A stretch of 64,000 bases of DNA, from contig MU053304.1 of NCBI GenBank assembly GCA_013239625.1, positions 2,790,001 to 2,854,000 of the forward strand, read 5' to 3'. The notes under the pieces are model-generated. The model worked only from the letters and a program-made list of their open reading frames with translations. It was not told the origin of the DNA and did no database searches. A program made the translations under genes and the position numbers. The first letter of the stretch is position 1, and every line of letters starts with the position of its first letter. This DNA comes from Lama guanicoe. Taxonomy: Eukaryota. Below are positions 26,112 through 37,000 of this stretch, in pieces.

Positions 26112-27574
26112 AGAAGAATCCTTTAAAGACCCATTAAAAGCAAAACTGTATTTGCTCTACATGACATGGCACCTTCTCTAGCACAACCACAGCTTTCTTA
26201 AAAGGCAAGTTCTAGTCTAGGCCCAGCTCTATATCTAGCTCATTATGAAATCTTAAGCAAGTAATCTTCTTCCTAGACTTGTTTTCTGATCTATAAAATA
26301 AGATGTTTGGAAAAAAAAAACTTTTCAAGAGCCAATGTAGACTTAATAGAAATTCTTACAGACCTTGCACAATAGAATTACCTCAGAAACGTCTGTAAAA
26401 TGCTGATACCTTGGAAAGTATCATCTCCAAAGATTCAAACTGAATTAGTCTTGGTGGAGCTTAAGCCAGGATTGAGCTCATGGGTCAACCATGTTCAAGA
26501 GCAGTCTTCTGGGTGCATGTTAATGTGTTCAGGCGTGTATAGCTATAACTGAATGTGGATCATACTGAGATGTGTCTTGCTGAGTTGATCAATACCACCA
26601 ATGCTGCTGCAGTCAACAGGGAGGGATACTGAAAGGTTGCACAGACAAGGGTGGCCAAAGCTGGGCTCTGTGGGGCTTCTTCCCATTTGACTGCTGCCTC
26701 CCCAAACATTGTCCATCTCCAAATTCCTTAAGCTGTTGAATAAACCTCACATCTCACTTCCCTTCTGTGCCTATATTCTGAAAGCTAAGTAGGTTGCTTG
26801 CTTATGCCAGCACAGGTGGATCTTGGTCATCTATATACACTCTTAGGAATCATGCAGAACCTGTACAATATCCTTTCAAGTTCTATGACTACCATTGATT
26901 GAATCTTGGATGTGAAACTTCAGAACCTTCATATTTAGCTACTCAGACTTGTTCCAGAAATCTGAACCAAACCAACTGATTTCTGACTATGTTTTGAGAC
27001 CACATTAAAAGAACAGCACCTGGTGCCCTCCTACACCCTCAGGAGCTCAAATTTTGATGGTTGTCTTCCAGAACCATATGCCTAATTGCACCCCTCTTTC
27101 CCTGCTGTCATAATTGGAGAGTAGTGCCACAGGCACCAGAACTGAGAACACTGACAAAGCTAAGCAATTAAAAAGGAAAATTTCAGCCAAACTGTTTTGG
27201 AGGGTTCCATGATGTCATATCCTCAATTTGCTTTTTTAAAATATAAAATTCCCAACTATTTACTTTAACATGATGCATGAAAATTTACAAATATCTCCCA
27301 TTAATTTTTTTAGAATTTCATTGCTTAGTTGTTTTAACAGGTGCAGTGATCACTGCAATTGCAAAGCAGAAGAATGTTCTTCTTTGTTTTGCAGATTAAA
27401 ACACTGAGTCTCAGTAATCAAGAAAGTTTTAGGACTTTGAATGCACGTGGATATTTTCTTTGTCTCTTAACAAGTACTATACTGTAATATGTGACATGTA
27501 AATTACACACTGAACCACTTCTCTACAACAGTGATTTCCTTCCTGATATTTTAACTTCTTCTTTTCTTTCATTT

Positions 27575-27830
27575 TATTAGTTTTTATTGAAGTATAGACA
27601 GTTCACAATTTTGTGTCAATTTCTGGTGTACAGTATAAGGTTGCATTCATACATATACATACATATATACTCCTTTTCTTATTCTTTTTCATTATAGGTT
27701 ACTATAAGATATTGGATATAGTTCCCTGTGCTATACAGTATAAACTTGTTGTTTACCTATCTTATTATAATAGTATCTGCAATCTCGAACTCCCATTTTA
27801 TCCCTTCCTACCTCTTTTCCCCTCATTACA
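27575..27830 (-). mobile_element. Young L1 3' end
   Basis: ttgaagtatagacagttcacaattttgtgtcaatttctggtgtacag...gttccctgtgctatacagt; same family as the copies near 42100 and 58150. Confidence 0.8.
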
Positions 27831-28009
27831 ATGAAGAAAATGTGTTCCAACTTTCTTTGCATTCCCCAAGCCAATAAGTTCATTATCACATGGTGACTGG
27901 TTCAGGAAGAATTTCAGTAACTGTTACCTCTACCTGTCGGCCAAATTCTTCCCCATAGATCTCTGCACATCTGGCTCATCCTCATTGTATAAATCCTCTT
28001 CAGTGAAAT

Positions 28010-31000
28010 GTCTATGTCTTTGCCCATGTTCTAATTGAATTCTTTATTTTTTTAAAAGTTGAGTTTTGAGAAGTTTAAAAATATATTCTAGATACTAGTC
28101 TTTTGTCCAATATATATTTTGAAAATATTTTCTTCCATTGTGTAGCTTGTCTTCACATGCTCTTAACAGGGTCATTCTCAGAGAAAAGAGTTTTAAAAGT
28201 CTAAGAACTTTTCCTTCTCCCTATATCCCCAAAACTTTTCTCAATATTTTGTACTAAGAATGGTATAGTTTTATATTTTACATCTGAAGTCTAAGATTTG
28301 CTTTGAGTTAATTTTTACATGTTGTATGGGACTTTTTTTTTAACATAGGAATGTCCAATCACTCCAACAGTGTTTGTTGAAAAGTCAGTCTTTCCTCTAT
28401 TGAATTGCTTTTGAGTATATTTCTGGCTTCTCTATTCTGTTTCATTGATTTATCTATTTTTCCACCCATATTACAGTCTTAATTAATGTATTAAAACTCT
28501 AGGTCTTGAGATCAAGTAGACTGATTTCTACCACTTTAGTCCTCTTTTTCAAAATTGTTTTAGCTATTTAATTCCTTTCCCTTTCCATATAAATGTTTAG
28601 AATAATTTTGTCTGCCTCTACAAAAAAAAAAAAAGGACTTGTCAAGATTTTGTTAGAAATTGTGTTAAATCTACATATGAAATTGGGGAGAATTGACCTT
28701 TTATTTTATTGAGTCTAATTCATGAGCAAAGTATGTCTCTCAATTTATTTAAAATTTCCTAGATTTCTTTCATCTGCAATTTGAGTTTTCAATTACAATT
28801 CCTATACATGTCCTGTTAGATGTATAGCTAAATGGTCCATTTTGGGGGTAAATTTAAATGGCATTTGAATTTCAGTGTCCAGGTGCTCATTGCCAGTGGA
28901 TAGTAATATACTTGGTTTCTGCATGTTGACCTTGTATCCTGCAAGCTTGCAAGTTTTTACCTCTAGGCTTCTTACAAAATATTATTATAGATTCCTTGGG
29001 ATTTTTTCACACAGACAATTAGGTATTCTGCAAGTAAGAGCAGTTTTTTTCCTCCTTTCCAATCTCTATGCCTTTTAATTCCTTTTCCTACCTATTGCTC
29101 TGGCCTGAATTTTCAGTGCTATGTTGAGTAAGTATGGCAAGAGTTGACATTCTTGCCTTTTTTTGGGGGGGGGATTGGGGGGAGAATTCAATCTCTCATC
29201 ATTAAACGTAATATTAGCCATAGGATTTTGGTATGCATTATTATTCCAGTTGAGAAAGTCCCTCTCCATTCCTATTTTTCTCAGATTTTTAAAAATTATA
29301 AATAGATGTTCAATTTTATTCAATGCTTTTACTGCATCGATTGATAGGATCATGTATTTTTTCTTTTCACCTGTTAGTTTGGTGAATTCCATTGATTTTC
29401 TAATACTGAATCACCCTTGTGTCCCTGAAATAATCCCCAGTTGGTCATGGGTGTATAATTCTATTTATTTATTGCTGAGTTCTCTTTGCTAATGTTTTGT
29501 TAAGAATTTTCACATCTATATTCATGAGCTATGTTAGTTCATAGTTTCTTTGTGTCCCTCGGATTTTGGTATCAAGGTATACTAATCTCATAAAATAAGA
29601 TGAGAAGTATTTACTCCTCTTCTATTTTCTGGGAAAAAAAATGTGTTGAATTGGTGTTAATTTTTTCTTTAAGTATTTGTAGAGCTCTGCAGGGAAACCA
29701 TTTGGGCCTGGAGATTTTTTAGGGAGGAATTTATTTTATTACAAATTCAATTCCCTTAACAATTACAGAGCTGTTCAAATAACTTGTTTCATTTTGGGTC
29801 AGTTTAAATAGTGTATTAGTGAAAGAATACCACAAACTAGGTGGCTTAGAATAACAGAAATGTATTGCCTTCTGGTTCTGGGAGCTAGAAGTGCAAACTT
29901 GAGGTGTCAGCAAAATTTATTCCTTCCAAAACCTGTGGGAGAAGTATCCTTGACTATCCCAGCCTCTGGTAGCCCCATTCTTTGGCTTGTGATGATGTCA
30001 TTCCAGTCCCTGCGTCTATCATCACATGACATTCTTCCTGTGTCTCGTCACATCATCTTCACTCTATAAGTGTCTGTGTCTGAATTTTTCCTTTTCATAA
30101 GGACATCAGTCATACTGGATTAGGGCCCACCTCAATGACACTATCTTAACTTGCTTGAATTTGCAAAGACCCATATTCACAGTTTGAAACACTGGGATTA
30201 GCACGTCAACATAGCTTTCTGGGGAGGACACAATTCAACCCATAATAGGGAGTTTCAGTTTTTCGAGACATTGCTCAATTTCCTCTAAACTGTCAAATGC
30301 ATGTGTGCAGAGTTCTGCATAGTACTTCCTTATTAATCTTTCCATTTTATTTCCATGTTATTAAAATTTCCATTTTGTTTGGGGAACACACTGTGTATGA
30401 TTTCAGTTCTTTTACATTTGTTGAGGATTGCTTTGTGCTTCAGGTCTGTCCTGGTGTATGTTTCATGAACATTTGGGAAAAACAACATACATCCTGCTGT
30501 TTTTAGCCGGGCTGTTCTACAAATGTTTATTACATCCTACTGGTTCTATAGTGTTAAGTCCTTCTGTATCCTTGATGATTTTCTGTTTAGTTGTTTTATC
30601 AGTTGTTGAGAAAGAGTGGTTTAATTCTGCTGCTATAATTGTAGGTTTGCTTATTTCTTCAGTCTGTTTTATGAGTTTGTTGCTTCACATATTTTGTAGC
30701 TCTGTTGTTTGACATGTGCACGTTTAGACTTTCTATGTCTTCTTGGTGGACTGAACTTTATATCATTATGTAATCTCCCTCTGTCTCCAGTAATTTGATT
30801 TGCTCTGAGGTCTACTCTATCTAACATTAATATAACCACTCATGCTTTCTTTTGAATAATATTAGCATGATATATCTTTCCCCACACTTTTACTTTCAGC
30901 TTTCTTACATAGTTATATTTGAAATGAATTTATATATACAGTATATACTTGGGTTATGTTTTTAATCCACTCTGCCAGTTTTTGTCTTTTGATTGTTGTA

Positions 31001-33295
31001 TTTAGGCTATTTAAATTTAATTTAATCATTGATATACTAGACTTTAAAGCTGACTTTTGTTTTTTGTTTTCTCTCTTTTTGTTTCCATTTCCATTTTCCC
31101 TGCCTTACTGTGTGTTACTGAACATTATTTATTTCCATTTGATTCATCTATAATATTTTGAGCATATCTATTTGCATAGCTTTTCTTAGTAATCTCTCTA
31201 TACATTGCTTTGTACACATGTAACTTATCAAAGTCTACAGGTGGTGTTAATTTACCAGCTTGAGCAAAGTATGGAAACCTCATGTCTCTTATGTCCCTTT
31301 ATCTTCTCTCCTTTACAATTGTCTTAAGTGTTTCCTCTACATGTATTTAGAAGCACGTCGACATTATAATTTTTGCTTTACTATCAGATTTGATTTAGAA
31401 AACTCAAGAGGAAAAAGGAAACGTGTTTTTTTTTTTAACCGTATTACTGCTTACCATGTTTTTTTTCCCTGATATTATAAGATTTCTCCTTACAGTTTCT
31501 TTTCTGTTTGGAGAACTTCCTTTAGCCATTCTTTTAGGGTAATTCTACAGGTGACAAAAGTTCTTCATTTTCCTTCATCTGAGATGTCTTGATTTCACTT
31601 TCATTTCTGAGGAATATTTTCACTGGATAATGGATTCGTGTTCTTTTCCTGAGCACATTCAAAACACCATGTCACTATTTCTTGCCTCCATGCTTTCTGC
31701 TGAGAAATCTGCTGTTACTTATTAATGTTTTCCCTTGCGGGTAAGGTGATGCTTCTCTACAACTGCTTTCAATATTTTGTCTTTGTCTTTAATTTTTAGA
31801 AGTTTGGCCATGATGTGTCTTTGTGTGGATTTCTTTGTGTTTGTTATGTTGGGATTTTGCTTGGCTTCATGAACCTACAGCTCTAAGTCTTTTGCCAAAT
31901 TTGGGGATTTTTTTTTTTCAGCCATCTTTCTTCACATGTTCTTAAGGCTCTGTTCTTTTCCTCTCTCTCTCTTTTCAGTCTATATTCTCTCTTTTGTTCA
32001 AACTGGATTATTTACATTGTTCTATCTTTCAGTTCACTGATTTTTTTCTCTTTGCTCACTTTATTATGCTGTTGAAATCATCCAATTAGTTTTGTATTTT
32101 GATTACTATATTTTCTAGTTCTAAAATTTCCGTTTTTTTCTTTAAGTATTCTATTTACTTGCTGAGACCTACCTTTCTTTTCCTATCTCTCCATTTGTTT
32201 CAAGTAAGTTTTTAATTGCTCATTAAAGCATTTGTATTATGGTTACTTTAAAAGCTTCATAAGATAATTTGTAACATCTTTAGTGTTCACATTTATTGTT
32301 TTTTTTTTCATTCGATTTGAAATCTTCCTTCCCCTTAGTATGGTGAGTAATTTTCTATTAAAGCCTACACGTTTAGGATACTATGTTAGGAAACTCTGAA
32401 TCTCATTTATTTTGATTGGCTTCTCTAGACAGTTCTCCTGCAGGAAAAAGAGTGCCAGTTGGGAGGTGCTGCCTCCTTGTAGGCAGGTGGGACTAGGGGT
32501 TCAGGATTTCCTCTTGACTTCCTATGACACTTGAGGGGAAAGGGTGTCCCTTTTCCTGCTATGTAGGGATTAGGGGTTTAGGCTCCTCCCCTGACACCTC
32601 CCTCACTGAGTGATACAAGTGCCGAGTTATCACTTCCCACTTGGCCTCATTATTTCTAGGCAGTGGTGAAAGTTTTGACTCTCCACTGTCTCCTCTTACA
32701 CTTCCCCAGGGCAGAGTAGGAGGGGGACACATTGCTGCTATGTGGTAGGAATGTTTGGGCTTCAGTGACACCAAGGCAAGGAGGGAGGGCTGATGGAGGT
32801 AAGTCCTGACTCCCTATCCAGCTTTCACTGATATCACCTGGGCTGGGAGTCTTGGATGCCTCCTAAGAGCCTAGAAATGGTAGAATCTAGGTGTCCCACT
32901 TGAAGACATGGGCTGAGTGGGGCCATAGGATTTTTTTTCTTTGATGTTCTGCCAGAGTGGAGCTGTTATTTTCTGTCTTGCTGGGCTGTTCATTTCCTGG
33001 TCATTTGGCTAAAGAGAGGGGGCTTTTTTTTTTTTTTTGGTCTGCACTTAGGGACATTTCTCATTTGTCAGCTTTTTCAGCTCTAAGTCTAGGCTGTATG
33101 AGTCAAAAAGAAAACCCCAGGATCTCACTACTATGTCACTCCTTGAGTCCCAAGGTCTCTGGCTTATCAGCCTTCTACTGTCCACCTTTCTGTCTTCTTA
33201 TGCTTGTTTTACAATCTCCAGAGCTTTTATTTGTGGTTACCAAGTAGAATAGGGCCAAGCAAATGTCTTCTGTCTTCCCATTTGTGGAAGTTCCA
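28010..33295 (-). mobile_element. Large degraded L1 (L1MC/MD-like) with ORF2 remnants, ORF1 region and a probable 5' UTR
   Basis: ORF 29075-29392(-), YMILSIDAVKALNKIEH...RQECQLLPYLLNIALKIQARAI, is a decayed version of the L1 reverse-transcriptase motif IISIDAEKAFDKIQH...RQGCPLSPLLFNIVLE. Endonuclease-like and ORF1-like sequence follows, then a more GC-rich 5' region at about 32430-33290. Confidence 0.8.
29812..30247 (-). mobile_element. MaLR solo LTR (MLT1B/C-like) nested in the L1
   Basis: accacaaactaggtggcttagaataacagaaatgtatt...aaggacatcagtcatactggattagggcccac...acacaattcaacccataata. Confidence 0.85.
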
Positions 33296-33849
33296 TATTT
33301 TTCTGTTTAAATATTTCTTAACTTAATGATTAAGGATCAGAATCAACTGCACCTTCTTCGTAACAGTCATCTGCTAATATCAGTGTTTTCCTTCTGAAAA
33401 CAATCGTCATTTTTGCTCAAGGAGATGTTGAAGCAGGCAGTTAAAAATGTTTGTGACAGCCCTTCCTTCCAGGGCCTGGAAGCTGGTCTCTGATGGATGG
33501 CCACTGTCATAGGTTTTGAAATTTCTGTGTGCACACAGGCTTCTAACAGACAAGTTATGAGTCACAATGAAGCAACATGAGTTGGGTGCAGAATTGTAAG
33601 AATCAAATCCGGGAAAGCCCAAGTAAAGACAAAATAGTTGGCAGATCAAAGAGCATTGCTCTGAGTGATGAACTGGTCAAACGGTAGAGGACAAACAAAC
33701 ATAAAATCCAGAGAGGCAGCCAAAGGTGTGGTGCAGGACCAGTGGGGCATGTGGGCATCGCCAGGAGCAGAGTGCGAATGTGGGAAAGTGGGTGAACAAC
33801 TTTAGGGCTCAGACTCTTGTACCCGAGAGAGAAAGAGGGGAGGGAATGA

Positions 33850-35290
33850 GACTGTGGGGCGGAGAGGGAGGGATTCTGTCGGAGTCACCTCTGCTGGGCA
33901 CGGGGAGAGGCTGGGAAAGCTCAGAAAGAGCATCTGGCAACCAAGACTGGGGCTGCTGGGAGGAGGGCAGGAGCTAGGTAAAGGGTTGAAGTTTCGGCCA
34001 AACGCCGTTGCAGGATCAGAAGGGACGACTGGAGGAGGCATCTGGAGGTCGCAGGTGCACGCTTCCCTGCCAGGGAGGAGCGGGGCTTGCACAGCACCTG
34101 GGTGGTCCCAGCCCGCGCGCCTCTGTCCCTGCGCGCGCGCCTCTGCGCTCTGGGAATCCTGTCCTCGCGCCGCACAGACTTCCCAGCCTTTGCCTTCACT
34201 TTCCCTGTTTCTTCTCAACGCGCCCATCGACAATGGATGGCAACTCCCTGCTCTCCGTACCAAGGTAAGACCCGTTTTCCCCTTTGCCCAACCCAATGAC
34301 CCTCAAACTCCGTTCTCCGCTCCTGGTCGTTCATGAACTTGCCCTGGGGGCGCCGCGGTCTGTGCGGGGCTCCCAAGGAGACGGAGGACTGCACTTAGAA
34401 TCTGCAAGTCTGGCTGCGGCTGTGCGAGGAGCTCTTGGGAGAGCCTGGTCCCTGTCAACTACCCCACAGGGAGCGATGCTGGGTGAGCCTGCGCGCCGGA
34501 GCAGCGCAGGGTGGGGACCAGCTCGTGCCGCCTCTAGAGCGGGGGGCTGGGGTGTGCTCAGTCCGGGGGAAGCCAGGAGCCGGACTTTCCGTGGACCCAG
34601 CCTGGAGAGGTTTCGCGCCTTGTGGGGAGACCGGTTCCGAGGTAGGGATGAAAACAGGAGGGAGCAGGACTAGGGTCAAGTACCCCTACAAGCAGTCCGC
34701 CTTGACCTGGGCGAGTGTCCGCGGTGGCTGGAGTGGGAGGTAGCGGTGGGAGCGATTGCGCCGAACCCTCAACTACACCCAGACTGCACCCAGCCGAGCC
34801 GAGAAGACCTCGGTCAGCGCTAGTCCCACCTGCCGCAGCTGGCCCCACGTCCCCTGCCAGGCTGCGAGCTCCCCCTTGACAGCTCTGGCCTTGCGCATTC
34901 CCTGACTCCACCCAAGCCCTGGGGTCCCCTCTTGGCGCAGGTCAGGGGAGCCACCCTAGACGCTGCCAGCTGGGAGCAAGCAACATGTTTCCCCGTTTTG
35001 CGTTTGCTCCTGTCTCCTCTCCCTTTGCCCCTGCTCCGCGCTCCTTCCGACTCCGTCCTTTGCGAATTTAAGAAACACATTTTAATATTTCTACCCGCAT
35101 AAACCTCAGGGGTAAATTGAGGCTGTCGCTGTGGTTGGGTTGTGCCCGCTGGGCAGGTGGATTTTGCGCTCTTCGCGCTCCGCACGGAGCGTCCACACCG
35201 AGAGCAGAGGATGCTGCCGCTCCCCGGGTGAAGGTGTCTCTGCCGCCTGCACAGCACCACCTCTCCCAGGCAGAAGGGGCTTAGCGCTGA
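33850..35290. promoter_or_regulatory. CpG island spanning the SPHKAP promoter, exon 1 and the start of intron 1
   Basis: Abrupt rise in GC and CpG density against the AT-rich, CpG-depleted background. Includes a GC box GGGGCGGAG at 33856-33864 and (GC)5 at 34131-34140. No TATA box seen. Boundaries are approximate. Confidence 0.85.
34233..34264 (+). CDS. SPHKAP: First coding exon (32 nt, phase 2) of SPHKAP, A-kinase anchor protein SPHKAP / sphingosine kinase 1-interacting protein
   Basis: ATG GAT GGC AAC TCC CTG CTC TCC GTA CCA AG encodes MDGNSLLSVP(S), which matches the SPHKAP N-terminus I recall (MDGNSLLSVPSNLESS...). The Kozak context is strong (A at -3, G at +4), the exon is followed by a consensus donor AAG|GTAAGA at 34265, and it lies in a CpG island. 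Confidence 0.93.
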
Positions 35291-36934
35291 CCATCTTGCC
35301 ATCCTTTACTTCCTCTTTTCTCGAGCAAACATCTGGACAGCTTCCAGCCGAAAATATCAGGTACTGGAATAACCATCTGAAGCTCGAATTCTTGGAGCGC
35401 ATGTAAATCCCATATCCACAGGCGATAGCACACACGAAGCTGATACTTCACTGCCAAGCACCCAAGGTGGAGGTGGCAGTGGGGTAGGGAGGGCAGAGGA
35501 GGATGGACACTGCTCTTCCAACGTGTTGAAGGCTGCCATCTAGAGACTTGCAGTGTTTACATTCCGTAACGAAGTAGAGCTGCCCCAACTCCACAGGCAT
35601 TTCCTCTTTAAGCTTCCCTTCCTTGGGAAGCAGCAAGGGCTCTAAAAAGGTTTCTAAGAATGGCCTGAAACTGCTCGAATCTCCAACTGTGGAGCCAAAC
35701 GTGGTCAAACTATCACGAAATCATTCCATTCTGTCTTACAGTAAGAACAGCAGGAAGGTTATTTTTTTTAAACTTAAAAAAAAATACTGTCACTTATTTT
35801 TAGGCCAAAGTGTGAGGCATTTGAAAGGCAAGCAAACTGGAGGTTCACTTTCTATGCCACCTCTCCTACCTCCAAAGGTTTCTAAAATTGAAATGGTGAA
35901 CTGAGTAGCTCCAACATCCCAAAAGAGACATATTTGATACCAAACTACTTGCTTTAAATCCAGTTTTGCTGATCAATACTGCTGTGTCTGAATCAGAATT
36001 ATATTCCTATTCAAAAGTTGAGAACTTTTCTAAAATATTAGAAACACATTATGTCAATAACTCCTTAAAATTATTTCTATTGCAGTATTGTAAAATGACC
36101 TTTTAAAGAGCAAATCAACAACAATGGAATTGTTCTGTATCTTACAGTAGCCTAGAAAAATTTTACCATGCAATTGACATCAGCTACAGCAAATCAAACC
36201 TTTCAAATATTACTGTTTATTCACCAAGACAGTCACATTTCCACAAATCAGTATAATAATTCAGCTATTTTATTGGCATCCTTGTTCATACAAATGTATT
36301 CAGTTAATTTATCCCTTGACTACAAGAAATATAATTTTCTTTTTATAATATTTCATTGGAAGCCATAAATATTGATATGCAAACAAGTGAGCTAGAATTT
36401 AAAACCTGTAGAAATATAATATTCATAGTACCGCTTGCCTATGAAACGTTGAAGTTTAAATAATTGATGACTGGATATGCTATACAAGCTTTTCAAGAAA
36501 GTGGCAATCAGGAGGAAAGGCAAGTTGTTTTCAATCAAGATTTGTGTTGTCTAAATCTAAAATGTTTTCAGTATCTAAAAAATTTAAGCTGGTGATTATA
36601 AATCACTGTTTATCTTAGTAATAACAAAGCAATTTAAGACACTGTTTAACAACTGGACAGAGAGTGATTTTGTAATATATCAAGTTAATTATAGAATATA
36701 TTTTTGTGTTGGCTTTTAGATCTAAAAATTTTCAGTGAATCAAAGATATAAATGACTGCAATTTTAATCAGACAATATTTGGTGCAGATTAAACTATTTT
36801 GTTTGATTCATACATTTTAGAAATTTTAAATATGGTTTTAAAAAAGCACTTGTGGGTTTTGTTTTTTTTTTTTTTTTAGTTATACTTCTACATTGTCTTT
36901 TCTCTTTTTAATCTTTAATTTTTTTTTACTTTTA

Positions 36935-37000
36935 NNNNNNNNNNNNNNNNNNNNNNNNNNNNNNNNNNNNNNNNNNNNNNNNNNNNNNNNNNNNNNNNNT
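36935..37000. other. Assembly gap (66 N)
   Basis: Run of N. Confidence 0.99.

Noticed and set aside
29075..29392. Reverse-transcriptase-like ORF
   Set aside because: A decayed L1 ORF2 remnant with substituted conserved motifs and surrounding stops; not a functional or domesticated RT.
34090..34108. Possible REST/NRSE site (ACAGCACCTGGG...)
   Set aside because: Only the left half resembles TCAGCACC; the GGACAG half is missing.
33726..35435. Cluster of overlapping 70-164 aa ORFs on both strands
   Set aside because: Expected from stop-codon scarcity in a CpG island. The products are Arg/Gly/Ala/Pro-rich and unrecognisable; only the MDGNSLLSVP exon is supported.
35448..35904. Protein-looking ORFs on both strands just downstream of the island
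   Set aside because: Non-ATG starts, no convincing flanking splice sites and no family recognised.
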